Origin: an uncultured Verrucomicrobiae bacterium
Lineage (GTDB): Bacteria > Verrucomicrobiota > Verrucomicrobiia > Chthoniobacterales > Chthoniobacteraceae
Direction: 5' to 3'
Assembly (NCBI GenBank): GCA_963828525.1
Contig: CAWHEP010000005.1
Coordinates: forward strand, 64,001-128,000
DNA length: 64,000 nucleotides
Under the pieces are notes generated by a model. It was not told where the DNA came from, made no database searches, and was given only the letters and a program-made list of their open reading frames with translations. Below are positions 1-11,661 of this stretch, in pieces; the stretch's first letter is position 1, and every line of letters starts with the position of its first letter. Both the position numbers and the translations under genes were made by a program.

Positions 1-7
1 GGAGGAC

Positions 8-3000
8 ATGGAAAGCGCATCCGTCATTGCGCCAGTGGCTGAAAAACTGCTTGTGGTCGCCGGCGATCCCACGACCGGCCATTTTGTGGAAGATATTCAC
101 TTTTCGGGCCTTATATTCCGCCATTCGCAGTGGCTTACTCCCCCGGAGGGGGTCGCTCCCACACAGGCGGCGGCGCAGTTCGAAGCGGCAGTGATGCTGG
201 ACGGCGAGCGCCGCGTCGATTTTGAAAACTGCGAAGTCTCTCACGTCGGAGCATACGCTGTGTGGTTCCGACGGGGCTGCCAGGATGACGCTCTGCGACA
301 TTGCCTCCTTGAGGATTTGGGAGCCGGGGGGGCGCGAGTGGGACAAGGCTCAATTCCCGCGCGGCCCGCTGATGCCACTGGCCATGTGACGCTGGACAAC
401 AACATCATTCGTCATGGAGGTCGCATCGCGCCGTGCGCCGTCGGGGTGTGGATCGGCCAGAGCGCGGATAACCAGGTCACCCACAATGAGATCGCGGACT
501 TCTACTACACCGGTGTCTCAGTGGGCTGGACATGGGGTTACGGCGCGAGCGCCGCCGCCCGCAATCAGATTGACTTCAACCACATCCACCACTTGGGGTG
601 GGGTGTCCTGAGCGACATGGGAGCCGTCTATACTCTCGGAGCGTCACCCGGAACGAGTGTCAGCCATAACGTCGCGCACGATATTTACTCCGCCACCTAC
701 GGGGGCTGGGGTCTCTACACGGACGAGGGCAGCAGCGGCATCACCCTGGAAGATAACCTCGTGTACAACACCACGAGCGGAGGCTTCCATCAGCATTACG
801 GGAAAGATAACGTAGTAAGGAACAACATATTCGCGTTTGGGTCCCAGGCTCAGTTGCAGCGCACGAAGGTCGAGCCGCACACCTCATTCACCTTCAGCCG
901 CAATATCATCTACTGGAACTCGGGTCATCTTTTCGCCGGACACTGGAGCGACCCGGGCGTGCAGCTTGACCATAATGTTTATTTCGACGAGTCGGGCAAG
1001 CCGACCGACTTTGACGGCGCGAGTTTCGCCAAATGGCAGATGTCTGGCAAGGATGCCGGCTCCATCCAGGCCGATCCTATGTTCGTCGATGCTGGCAAGT
1101 TCGATTTTCGGCTGAAAGCAGGCTCCCCCGCGACGCAGACTGGTTTCAAGTTGTTTGATTACACGACCGCTGGCGCGCATGGAGACCCCGCCTGGGTCAA
1201 ACAGGCGACACAAGAGGAGTATGCCTCGATACGACTGTCACCGGGCGCGCCCAGGGAGGATGCCTCCGCCGGAGAAACGCCGCCAGCCGATGCAGAATAT
1301 CGGCAAGCCGCCCGGCCAGTGGAAAGCAGGGTTTCAGACCTGCTTGCCCGCATGACGCTGGAGGAAAAGTTGGGGCAGCTCCACCAGGGCGTCATCACTC
1401 CCCGCTCGGGTTTCAACGTGCAGGAATTTGCCCCCGCCATTCGCTCCGGCGCGGTGGGTTCCTTCATATGGGGCCTGGAGAATCCAAAAGCGCGTAACGA
1501 AGTGCAACGCGTCGCCGTTCAACAATCGCGCCTCGGCATCCCCATCATATTTGGGTTGGATGTGATACACGGCTACCGCACGACTTTTCCCTCTTCGCTG
1601 GGGCTCTCCTGCGCATGGGATCCGTCACTCTTTGAAAAAGCGCAGACTGTGGCCGCCCGGGAAGCCCGCGCCTCTGGAGTGGATTGGACATTCGCCCCGA
1701 TGAGCGATCTCGCCCGCGATCCGCGTTGGGGTCGTGTGGTTGAGACTTGTGGAGAAGATCCGTTTCTGACTTCCCTGTGCGTGGCTGCCGAGGTCCGGGG
1801 ATTTCAAGGCGGCAATCCTTCCGATCCCTCCAGACTCGCGGCCTGTCTAAAGCACTTTGTCGGGTACAGCGCGGCTGTTGGCGGGCGGGATTATAACGCC
1901 ACAGAGATTCCGGAATTTATCCTCCGTAACTTCCATTTGCCTTCCTTCGAGGCCGGGGTGAAGGCGGGCGCGCTCACTTTGATGAGCAGCTTCAACGCGA
2001 ATGATGGCATTCCTGCTACCGCGAACAGGCATACTCTCACCGACATATTGCGAAAAGAGTGGGGATTTCGCGGCTTTGTTGTCAGCGACTGGCGCGGGGT
2101 GGCGGAGCAGATTGACTGGGGGTTCGCCGCGAATGATTCCGAGGCGGCCGCCTTTGCCCTAAACGCCGGTACCGACATGGAAATGGTTTCGGACACCTAT
2201 TCAACAATCCCGGGTCAGCTAAAAAGCGGATCGATCTCCCCGGAAACTTTGGACGAAGCGGTGCGCCGCGTTTTGCGCGTGAAGTTTCAGGTAGGCCTCT
2301 TCGACCGGCCTTACACGGATCCGGCGGCGTTTCTCCCCGCCATTCTGCGTCCCGACGCAATGCAATTGGCTCGCGAATGCGCGGCGCGTTCGGCGGTGTT
2401 ATTGAAGAACAAAGGCGCTCTGCCGCTTTCCAGGAACTTGTCCAAAGTCGCCTTGATTGGTCCTTTCGGCAACGACGCCCGGGAGATGCTTGGTTGCTGG
2501 ACAGGCATGGGGCACAGTGAGGATGTCACTACGCTGGCGGCCGGCATCCGCGCCAAGCTGGCCCCCGGGAGCGAGCTTGAAGTGGTGAAGGGTTGCGGGG
2601 CTCTTGGGCGCGCCCCTCTCACCAAGACGCTCACAGACGGGTCTGTGGTGCCCGATCCGGCGGCGGTGGCGCATGCGGACGATTGGGATGGCCCGGCGGC
2701 GGTTCAGGCCGCTCGGGCTTCGGATGCGGTTATCATGGCATTAGGAGAACCTGCTGGCTGGACGGGGGAAAACGCGTCGAGGTCCAATCTTGGGCTTACC
2801 GGGCGGCAGCAGGATCTTTTCGACTCCATCATCGCTGTTGGAAAGCCGGTGGTGGTGGTTGTTTTTTGCGGGCGGCCTCTGGCAATTTCAAGGCTCGCCA
2901 GCAAGGCATCGGCGCTGTTGATCGCATGGCAGCCCGGAGTCCAGGCCGGAAACGGTCTGGCGGATCTTCTCTTCGGCGACGCGGCTCCAAGCGGGCGGCT

Positions 3001-3524
3001 GACGATGTCGATGCCATCATCCGTCGGACAGCTTCCGGTTTACTATAACCGCTACACAACAGGGCGGCCTGACCCCGAGTTCATAAACTATCGGGATGCG
3101 ACGCGTAATCCGCTCTACCCGTTCGGCTTCGGGCTGACTTATACAACATTCTCCTCTACGCCTGTCGAAATTCGCCCGGGTACGGGGGGCGCGTCGGCAG
3201 TCGCGGTCGCGGCGCATCACAAACACGGGAGACAGAGATGGCGAAGACGTGGCGGAACTCTATGTTCACCAGTTGGCTTGCGCGGAAGGCGCGCGGCCCG
3301 CTCAGGAGTTGCGCGGCTTCCAGCGCGTGCCGCTGAAGCCGGGCCAGACACGCGAAGTCACCTTTCCGCTCACGGACGAAGTCCTGGGTTACCACGCTCG
3401 CGACGGACGCTGGCGAACAGACGCGGGCGAGTATCAGATTTGGATCGCGCCTTCCGCCCAAAAAGGCGGCCCTGCGGTGTACCGAAAGACCCAAGTAGGG
3501 CCGTCGCCGCAGCGGCTAACGTAG
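8..3524 (+). CDS. Right-handed beta-helix (pectin-lyase-like) domain fused to a GH3 beta-glucosidase (BglX-like); probably 5'-partial; frameshift near 3215 splits off the C-terminal Fn3-like domain (3249..3524)
   Basis: Beta-helix repeats ([22 protein letters not shown]). GH3 motifs [19 protein letters not shown] and VVSDW (nucleophile). Fn3-like tail AELYVHQ...[19 protein letters not shown] is in a shifted frame. Confidence 0.85.
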
Positions 3525-3766
3525 CGGGCCCCGCAATCTCACTCGCTCCCGGCTTGCGCGGCGCCAGACGTCCCATCTGTATGACAGGGCACGGAAGGTG
3601 CTTGATTCAGTAGAAGGCACTCCGCCGCAAAGAGGCCCGAACTTGAGCGCCACTAGAGAAGACAATGAAATCGATGTTAGCAAAGTGGAGAACACGACGT
3701 CATATAAGACGGGCCCGTGGAGGCATGATTTTGGGGCCTTCGAGCCTCTGTCCGAAGGCCGGAGCC

Positions 3767-4309
3767 ATGCGCCTCTCGCGGCGGGCGGCGGAGGGCTTCA
3801 CAATCCTCGAGGTCAGCTTTGCGGCGGTTGTATTTTCCGCATTTGCGACAGGATCGATTCTCACTCTTGCGGAATTAAACCGCTTTGCGAACGAAGCGCG
3901 TTACGAAACTCTCGCTCTCTCCTCCGCGCAGCACAAGATGGATCAGGTGATGACGGCCACTTGCAGCCTGAATCCTTTGACCAGTGGAACGAGCGTCTAT
4001 TCACCGACGTTGGTGAGCGGCACAACGACCCTCAGCCCGAACTCTTCCACTCTGCTTACCACCGCGACATCTCAGGTAACAACAGAACAAAATCTGCCGC
4101 TGAACAATGATATCTACAATTCGGAAGCTGGCCTGAGCAGCGCCTTCACCGGACTGGACTCTCAAATCACACTCACCCGTGTGACCACGATCACAGCCGA
4201 TCCCACCTATCCTCGCTTGCTTGGGGCCACGGTATCCGTCACCTACACGTGCTTCAAAAACCAATACAACGTGACGCTGAAAAGCATCCGTTGCACCGAC
4301 AACTTCTGA
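3767..4309 (+). CDS. Type IV pilin-like (PilV/HpsB-like) minor pilin
   Basis: Class III signal G|FTILEV followed by a hydrophobic helix. ATG at 3767 gives a short basic leader (the ORF track extends to 3665). Confidence 0.8.
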   Translation: MRLSRRAAEGFTILEVSFAAVVFSAFATGSILTLAELNRFANEARYETLALSSAQHKMDQVMTATCSLNPLTSGTSVYSPTLVSGTTTLSPNSSTLLTTATSQVTTEQNLPLNNDIYNSEAGLSSAFTGLDSQITLTRVTTITADPTYPRLLGATVSVTYTCFKNQYNVTLKSIRCTDNF

Positions 4310-4311
4310 CA

Positions 4312-5268
4312 TTGAAAAGACTTTCAACTTCCTCCCGGGGTTTCACCCTTGCTGAAATGGTGATTGCGTCCGCCATCGCAGGGATCATGGGCGCGGGCAT
4401 CGTGCTCTATTCCAACGCCTCCATGCGGATGGTCGCGCGGAACATGGCGACGAATCACAGCCATGAGGTTGCGCGCGGCACGTTCGATCGCATGCTGAAC
4501 GACCTGCATGGCGCGTCCAGCAGATTCAATCTCCTCACTTTCGATGGCACTAACTTTGTCTCTTCCTCGGCGACGTCGGGAAGCGACCTTGATCTATACA
4601 CCCAGCAATATATTACCCCGCGCGCGAACGCGGTCGAATATATGAAGTTTGCGGGTGGCCCGTATAAGATCACGGGAGACAGCGGGGGGAGTTCACCCGT
4701 GGCATCGACCGCTACCGCGATGCAGGTTGATTTCGGAGTGAATGGCGCTTTGCCTTATACACCTTCCGTGGGGGACAAAGTGCAGATCCCGTTGATCAAT
4801 TCAGCCGAGTTCTACATCACCGGCGTGACCACGGCGCCCACTGTTGGGAATACGAAGGGGACAATCACGCTTTCCGGCGCGGTCGGCTTTACTCTTTACA
4901 CGAGCGGCACCGCCCCTTCGGGCGTAGTGAACCCGGTTACCACAGGGTATTTTTACAAACGGCAAGCGTATTCCGTGTGGAATGATCCCGCGCTGAAAGC
5001 GCCTACTTACCAGATTCGCTTTCATCCGAATTATCCCCAGGTGTCAGGCACCAACACGGTCATCGTGCGCTACAATGTCACATCCGCGAGCCCATTTGCG
5101 CTTCTCGCAACAGCAGCCGCCACAGCGAGTGACAACCTGAATCTGCGCTTATCTCTGGAAGCCTACGATGTGCAATATACCGGTCAGAACTTCCTGAACG
5201 GCACGACCACTTTGGAATCCATTATTCCCTCCCGCACCCAACCCCCGCCGATCAGCACTGGCACCTGA
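4312..5268 (+). CDS. Type IV pilin-like (PilW/HpsC-like) minor pilin
   Basis: RG|FTLAEMVIASAIAG prepilin motif. Likely TTG start at 4312, just after the upstream stop. Confidence 0.8.
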   Translation: MKRLSTSSRGFTLAEMVIASAIAGIMGAGIVLYSNASMRMVARNMATNHSHEVARGTFDRMLNDLHGASSRFNLLTFDGTNFVSSSATSGSDLDLYTQQYITPRANAVEYMKFAGGPYKITGDSGGSSPVASTATAMQVDFGVNGALPYTPSVGDKVQIPLINSAEFYITGVTTAPTVGNTKGTITLSGAVGFTLYTSGTAPSGVVNPVTTGYFYKRQAYSVWNDPALKAPTYQIRFHPNYPQVSGTNTVIVRYNVTSASPFALLATAAATASDNLNLRLSLEAYDVQYTGQNFLNGTTTLESIIPSRTQPPPISTGT

Positions 5269-5271
5269 ATT

Positions 5272-7261
5272 ATGAAAGCGACCAAAGATTCCGGAGGCAT
5301 CCTCATGGCTGTTCTCATGATCATTGCCGTGGTGTCCATCCTGCTAGGGGCTGTTTACACCACCACAACCATGGAGATGCGTTCCATGAAACGCTCCGTG
5401 GATCGCGATGTCGCTGTGTCCTATGCCGACGGCGTCATGGAAAACATCTTTGATCAATGGCGCATCGCCATGATCAGCGGCAGCAACGATTCCACACAAC
5501 GTTCCTCCGGTCTTTCCAACGACGAACTCGCGCTGGGGACGGCGACATCTCCCTCCACGACCGTTCCGCCCGGGCTTCCTCTAACCGCTCCCAGCGCCGC
5601 GCGGCTTCCCCTCCCGGCGGGGGTGACTCTAACAAGCTGGAGCGTGAAAGCGGCAGATCCGTATCTCACCGCGCTCACCAGCGGCACCGCGAGGCCGGTT
5701 CCGGAGAACGGGACGAATTCACGGCTTCGCATAAGAGAGTACTATGTTGCGAGCGTAACGGTTGCTTACCCGCGCGGGGGTTCCGTGACGTTGCAGAGAA
5801 CGTTTGTGCGTTCGGGCCATAATCTTTTCGATAACTTTTTGTTCAGTTCACAGCCAAACACGGAGATCAACCCTGGCGCTACGATGAACGTGAACGGCAC
5901 TGTCTACTGCGGAGGCAACCTGTTCACCGCTCATAACTACCTTAATTTTTTGAACGATGTTACCTACACAGGCACCTGGTATAAGGATTTTAAGGGCGGA
6001 GCGGCGCTTCCGTCGAATGAATGGGATTCTCGCTATGGCCATGAGACTCCGTCGATAAACAGCAGCAATTGGCTTGCAAGCGATCCCCCGCATGTCGGCG
6101 CTCAGCAGAAATTGCTCGATACCCCTACATCCAGTCTGGACCCGAATTTTCTGGACGACCCGAACAGCAACGATACCGATTCCGATGGAAACTCGAACAA
6201 CAATGGGTACGGAGAAATCGTGAAGGAAGTTACAAATGCCGCGCAGACGGATCCTCTGCAGGTGGATACAAACGGAACGAGTGAGCGCCTTTCCAAAAAT
6301 GCTGATTATAGGATTTACGTGGACGCGTCCAATAATGTGTCGATCTACAAAGCGCAATCTACGACGCCTCTCGCGACTACTGGCGCTGAAGTACACAGCC
6401 ATCTCGGGCGCTATATCCACCAATACATCCATCTACGACGTCCGTGAGGGTGACAACGTAAGACTTGTTAATCTGGATGTCAGCAAGCTTACCGCGGCTT
6501 ACGCGGCGGGAAACATCAGTGATAATGCGGGCACAGGCGATGGAATGCTCTTCTATGTAAAGGATTCGAGTTATGGAACCAGTGTAACAACAAACGGTTA
6601 CACATACGATTCAACAAAGGGAACTGTATCCGCCAGCACCGTTACCAGCAGCACCCATCGCGGGGTGCGCTTGATCAATGGCGCCGCCCTCCCGACGTGC
6701 GGCATGAGCGTTGCCAGTCCTAACCCGGTCTATATTCAAGGCGACTATAATACCACCGATCCAAGCCACTCCACAACCACGCAGCCTCCCAGCGACGTGA
6801 GTACCGCTTATAGCACAAGCGGCGTTACCCCGAGTCCGGTGGTGAGCGGTGCTACGCGGGTGGCCTCGCTAGTTGCCGGGGATGCCGTAAACGTCCTTTC
6901 AAACGCCTGGACGGATTCAGGGGGATTTCTCGCGCATAGCCAGGGTTACGCGGCTACGGGAACCCCAACAACCATCAACACGGCGATTGTTGCCGGCAAC
7001 GTGCCGACGACCTCTTCTTCGTACAGTGGCGGCATCGAGAACTTCCCCCGTTTTCACGAAGATTGGTCTGGCAAAAATTTCACCATTTATGGCTCGTTTG
7101 GCCTTTTGTATGACAGCGCTCAGGCCAAGGGCGCGTGGGCGTCCGCGAGCTATAGCCCGCCCAATCGCCAGTGGTATTTCGACTCGACACTTGCGGACAA
7201 AAATCCGCCTGGTTTTCCTCTCGCCTACGCGTATGATCGCGGTCGCTGGATTCTTCGCTAA
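5272..7261 (+). CDS. Large PilX-like pilin/adhesin (~660 aa), frameshifted near 6390 (ORFs 5272..6447 and 6236..7261)
   Basis: N-terminal SG|GILMAVLMIIAVV lacks Glu5, as in PilX/GspK-type pilins. S/T/N/G-rich body. C-terminal motifs DAVNVLSNAW, YSGGIENFPRFHEDW and YSPPNRQWYFD. Confidence 0.75.
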
Positions 7262-7264
7262 GTC

Positions 7265-7828
7265 ATGAGGGCCGCTGTTTTGCTCTTGTTCCTGGCGTCT
7301 TTGCCTCTCTCCGACATTCGAGCGGAGCTGGATCTGACTCCGTTTCAATCGTTCAGAATGCTGGAAGGAGTAAAAATCCCCATGGTGGAGTTTCAGGATG
7401 GGACCCGCCGCGTTTCCTACCAGCCGCCCAGCGGATGGTGGAGCAGCGGGTCAGGACGCGATCTCAGCCTCTTCCCCCCGAACGCAAATGAAGCTTGGAT
7501 GAGGTTTGTGCTTGCCGTGAAAAAGGATGAAACCCCACCCGCGACCGCCGTCGATCCCCAAAGCTTCGCCGCGAGCTTCCTCCCGCATGAGGCGAAGGAC
7601 GTTGTGTTCATAAAGCAGGTTCCCAGTCCTTACACTTTGGAGGGACAGCCCAGCTCGGAGTTCATCTTCAAGTGCTCCATAAATGGCAATGCCGATTTCG
7701 TCTCCGTCTCGATCGTTGAACGCAACGCAAAAGAGCGGCTGACCGTCATTATCATGGCGCACGCAAAAGACTTTGAGGAAATCCACTCCCAGGGGATCGG
7801 CAGTCTCTTTCGGTGGACCTTGAAGTGA
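7265..7828 (+). CDS. Hypothetical exported protein
   Basis: 187-aa ORF with an N-terminal signal peptide, 3 bp after the pilin cassette. Confidence 0.65.
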   Translation: MRAAVLLLFLASLPLSDIRAELDLTPFQSFRMLEGVKIPMVEFQDGTRRVSYQPPSGWWSSGSGRDLSLFPPNANEAWMRFVLAVKKDETPPATAVDPQSFAASFLPHEAKDVVFIKQVPSPYTLEGQPSSEFIFKCSINGNADFVSVSIVERNAKERLTVIIMAHAKDFEEIHSQGIGSLFRWTLK

Positions 7829-7832
7829 TTCA

Positions 7833-9119
7833 GTGCTGAACGGGGCTGCGGCGTTGTATCTACTCAGGAACGACCGCTTCTTTGCTTTCATCCGGAACCT
7901 GTACGCGCTGATATATGCGGAGTGCCGTGCCCACCGCCTTCAGAGTAGCCCTTTTACCCGCGATCCTCTTGCGGCGATTGCAATCGCGCTTTGGAGCATT
8001 GCGCTTCTGGTCATCTGCGTTCGGCTGATCGTAAAGCCGGATCACAATATTTTTGGAACCTACATGCGCGCGGGCGCGGCATGGGTTCAGGGAGGACACA
8101 TTTACTCGGTCGATCAGGGCCGGGGATTTGTTTACAGCCCGCTTATTGCCGCGTTTTTCGCTCCATTCTCCACGCTGCCAGTGGCAATAGCTAATATGCT
8201 GTGGCGTCTGCTGAATGCAGGGGTGTTCGTGGGCGCGGTCTGGCGCTGGCTGGAGGCTGGAATCCAGCCAACTTTGCCCCGGGCACGTTGGAGCCTCGTT
8301 TTTCTCCTGCTGCTTCCCCTCTCACTGGGCAACTTTAGCAACGGTCAGGCAAATCCACTGGTAATCGGATTGCTGATGTTCGGTGTCTTAGGAGCGAGAT
8401 CGGGACGATGGTTTTTGGCCGCCCTGTGTGTCGCGCTGGCCGCTTATTTCAAGATCTACCCGCTGGCCGTCGGGCTTCTGATTTGTTTGATCCATCCCCG
8501 CCAATTTCCCCTCCGCCTGCTTCTCGCGCTGGCGCTGCTCGCCGCCCTTACATTTTTGTGTCAGCACCCTGCCTATGTGCTTGTTCAATATAGGAGTTGG
8601 ATCGCCACCCGCTCGGTGGATAACCGACTCCTTTACGACAACGCAATAGCGCCCCACGATCTGTGGCTCGTCATCCGAACGCTGCGCCTGCCTGTGAGCG
8701 CTGGCGCGTACCAGGCCATTCAGTTGCTCGGCGCCGCCGCTGTGGCGGGGCTCTGCTTTCGGGGGCGCTTAATGCGCTGGTCGGAAGACCGCCTGTTGCT
8801 AACCCTTTTCTGCCTTGCCTGCTGCTGGATGATCTTGCTTGGCCCTGCTACCGAATCGCCGACCTACATTCTGATCTGTCCGGCCGTGGTGCTGTCGTGG
8901 GTCGGCTCTCTCCAGGAGCCGTCCATGGAAGTCTGGCTGCGTCGGACGCTGCTTGCCTCGCTGACCTTGTTCCTGTTGGGCTTCCTCATCAACAGCCTCA
9001 TCCGGCAGAAGGATTGGTTTGCCTTCGTCCAGCCGGTAGGGGCCCTGGCATTCACTCTGTTTGCGACCGCCTGGCTCCTGAACGGGAAATACTGGAGCGC
9101 TCGCCCGGTGGAAGCGTGA
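7833..9119 (+). CDS. Glycosyltransferase family 87 (DUF2029) membrane protein
   Basis: FVYSP, NGQAN and FKIYP motifs; many transmembrane segments. Exact start is uncertain. Confidence 0.8.
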   Translation: MLNGAAALYLLRNDRFFAFIRNLYALIYAECRAHRLQSSPFTRDPLAAIAIALWSIALLVICVRLIVKPDHNIFGTYMRAGAAWVQGGHIYSVDQGRGFVYSPLIAAFFAPFSTLPVAIANMLWRLLNAGVFVGAVWRWLEAGIQPTLPRARWSLVFLLLLPLSLGNFSNGQANPLVIGLLMFGVLGARSGRWFLAALCVALAAYFKIYPLAVGLLICLIHPRQFPLRLLLALALLAALTFLCQHPAYVLVQYRSWIATRSVDNRLLYDNAIAPHDLWLVIRTLRLPVSAGAYQAIQLLGAAAVAGLCFRGRLMRWSEDRLLLTLFCLACCWMILLGPATESPTYILICPAVVLSWVGSLQEPSMEVWLRRTLLASLTLFLLGFLINSLIRQKDWFAFVQPVGALAFTLFATAWLLNGKYWSARPVEA

Positions 9120-9130
9120 TTACATTCCAG

Positions 9131-9634
9131 CTAGGCGCCGTCCGGGTGTCGGGCGGCGAAACCACTCGTGTCCCGGAAATCCGTGTGCCAGCGCGGCCCC
9201 ACGTCGCCGCCAACGGCGAAGTCAGTCGTATCGAGGCGCAGACCGGCGATCACCGCGAACGTATGTCCGGCGCGCGCATAGATCGTGATCCACCGCCCGG
9301 AGCCGCGGCATCCATATGCCAAAAACTCCCTGGAAGGCATGGGTGTATCCAGCAGCCCAGCGTGATGGAGCGCGAATGAGACTGTACCAGAGCAGTCATA
9401 TCCCGAATCGTAAAACGACCCGTGTCCGCCTCCCCAGCGATACGGCATCCGGCGAATCTTGTTTACCGCCCAGATGGCGCGCTTTACATTGTCAGGCGCT
9501 TCCGATGGCGCGGAGGCAACGCCGTTGCGGAGCATGGCGTATTTCCCGTTGACCATCGGCCCGCTTTCAGCCGCGCGGACGGCACATGCGATAAGCGGAA
9601 GGAAGGCGAGAACCAGCAGGACGGGAGACTTCAT
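9131..9634 (-). CDS. NlpC/P60-family peptidoglycan endopeptidase
   Basis: Signal peptide; PYRWGGGH, YDCSG (catalytic Cys) and GHTF (His). Confidence 0.85.
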   Translation of the reverse strand: MKSPVLLVLAFLPLIACAVRAAESGPMVNGKYAMLRNGVASAPSEAPDNVKRAIWAVNKIRRMPYRWGGGHGSFYDSGYDCSGTVSFALHHAGLLDTPMPSREFLAYGCRGSGRWITIYARAGHTFAVIAGLRLDTTDFAVGGDVGPRWHTDFRDTSGFAARHPDGA

Positions 9635-9941
9635 TCCCGTTTTGAAAGCTATTTTCGCGCCATTTCGCGCGGCACGGATCCGGAAGCCAGCGCAGGGCGC
9701 CGATATATCAGACGCATGGAGCGGGGCGCGTGCAACTCCCCAGGCTCAAAAGGCGGCGCCGACGGTACTTTCTTTCGCTCGGCGCTTGATACGAATTGCA
9801 ACTTCTACCTCAGCTCTTCGCTGCCTTCCGGCAGTCAGACAGATTTCATCATCGTCTTCATCGGCTTCTATAGTTGAGATCAAGGGCGCTTAGTCAGCAG
9901 GCCCGATTTAGAGTGGGTCGGGCGGGGGCTTAATCAAGCGA

Positions 9942-10903
9942 TTAGCCTGTTGGTTTCCTCAACACCGCATGGAGGTAAATCCATCAATGCGGTTCGTGAG
10001 CAGCTCGACGCGCCAGATCTCGTTAAATAGATCGATGATGGGATAGACCATCTTTCCCTTGCTTTCCGAGTAGTAGGCTTTCGGAAGATGCTCAAGAAAT
10101 CCCGGCTGAAAACCTCGTCGGTAGTTTCGTCTCTCAGCGGGATGGGTTCAAAGCCAAGCCAGCAGATGAGATCCGCATTTGTGCCGGAACCTGTCACATC
10201 AATGCCGATGTTTCCCGTTTTGCGAAAGCCGCATCCGAGGTCAACTTTGATGAGTTCGCCCCGGGGATCGTATTGCTTCCACCAAGGCGCGCTTCCTCCA
10301 TCTGCGTAGTTGCGGCCAGCAGATCGAAGGAACGCCGGACGAATCCTGCCGCAGACTGGATGCTCCCGAGCAGGATCCCCGGCGCGGACTCAAAGAGCGT
10401 ATGGCGGCGACCAGTGCTCTCCACGCCGATTACCTTCAGAGTGGTCATGATGTCGCTCCAGCCGTCGAGGTTCACTTGCTCATGGAAGCGGGCGCGCGCC
10501 CTAAATCAGGACCGGCGCTTGACGCCTCTTGGCGCGTTCGATTCGGCGGGACGGAGTGGAGCAGTCTCTCCCCAGCCATGATCTCGATATCGAAGGCGCC
10601 CTCCATGCGCGCCCATCCATACAGCCACTGGCCGCTTACAAGCATCCAGCCGGGGTGGGAGAAACGCTCCAGGCCTCCGCGCGGCTCTGAGGTCTGAACC
10701 TGCGGAGCAGGCGGGGTGTCGGCGAGGAGTTTTGCGGTCAGATTTCCGATGATCTCGGTAGCGCGCGGCTCGAGGATGAGCGGCGCTCGAACCGTCATGC
10801 CTGCCAGTTCCTCATTGAGATTCTCCAGTTGATCGAAAAAAGGGCGTTTACGGCGATGCCGCAAACGGTGTTTCGCGCCGGGTAATACAAGGAGGATGAC
10901 CAA
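9942..10903 (-). pseudogene. Fragmented class I SAM-dependent methyltransferase with an N-terminal extra domain
   Basis: Stitching frames gives KVDLGCGFRKTGNIGIDV...ADLICWLGFEPIPLRDETTDEVFSRDFLEHLP...LFNEIWRV...LHAVLRKPTG*. At least 4 frameshifts plus an apparent internal deletion after EIWRV. Confidence 0.65.
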
Positions 10904-10923
10904 GCGCGAACGCCGGATCTGTA

Positions 10924-10949
10924 TTAATGGATTTTAATCTACGGTTAAT
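10924..10949 (+). promoter_or_regulatory. Three TTAAT direct repeats upstream of the response regulator; candidate OmpR-family operator
   Basis: TTAAT at 10924, 10934 and 10945 (10-11 bp period) in an AT-rich patch. Confidence 0.4.
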
Positions 10950-10984
10950 TGTATAAGTCGCATCATCGGATATTAAATGGGCAG

Positions 10985-11661
10985 ATGCGTATTCTGGTGG
11001 TCGAAGACGAAGAGAAGGTAACGCGGTTCCTCACGCTGGGCCTTAAAGCGGAGGGGTTCTCGGTCGATTGCGCCCGCGACGGAAAGACAGGCCTTCGGCT
11101 CGCGCTCGCGACATCCTATGATCTGCTCGTAGTCGATCTGATGCTGCCGGTCATGAGCGGAACGGAACTCATTACAACTCTGCGTCGCCAGAACACCGAG
11201 GTGCCAATCGTGGTACTGACGGCGAGAGACGCGTTAGCTGACAAGGTCACGCACTTCGAAGCGGGCGCGGACGATTATCTCACCAAGCCGTTCGCCTTCG
11301 CTGAGCTCCTTGTCCGAATCAAGGCTCTCCTGAGGCGCGGGCCTGCGCAGAGGCCAAACGAACTGCGCATCGCGGATCTTGAAATAAATCGAGTCACTCA
11401 CGGCGTGAGGAGGGATGGCTCGGCAATCAAACTTACCGCGAAGGATACGCGTTGCTGGAATACCTTGCCGTCAATTCAGGGCGAGTTCTTTCCCGCACCA
11501 TGATCATCGAGCATGTGTGGGATCAGAGTTTCGAGGGCCTCACGAATATTGTGGACGTTTACATCCGCCAACTGCGGTCCAAGATCGACGATCCTTTCAA
11601 GGAAAAGCTTATAAGTACCGTTCGAAACGCTGGCTACAAGCTGAGTAACCAAGAGGCCTAA
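10985..11661 (+). CDS. OmpR/CusR-family DNA-binding response regulator (frameshift near 11446)
   Basis: MRILVVEDE...DLMLP...LTAR...GADDYLTKPF. The winged-helix part (LLEYL...HVWD...NIVDVYIRQLRSKID) is in the next frame. Confidence 0.9.

Noticed and set aside
9746..9883. 45-aa acidic/basic small ORF on the minus strand (TTG start)
   Set aside because: No RBS or recognisable motif; not distinguishable from chance.
11430..11460. Programmed frameshifting in the response regulator or other split genes
   Set aside because: No slippery heptamer or stimulatory structure seen; the window-wide indel pattern is a simpler explanation.
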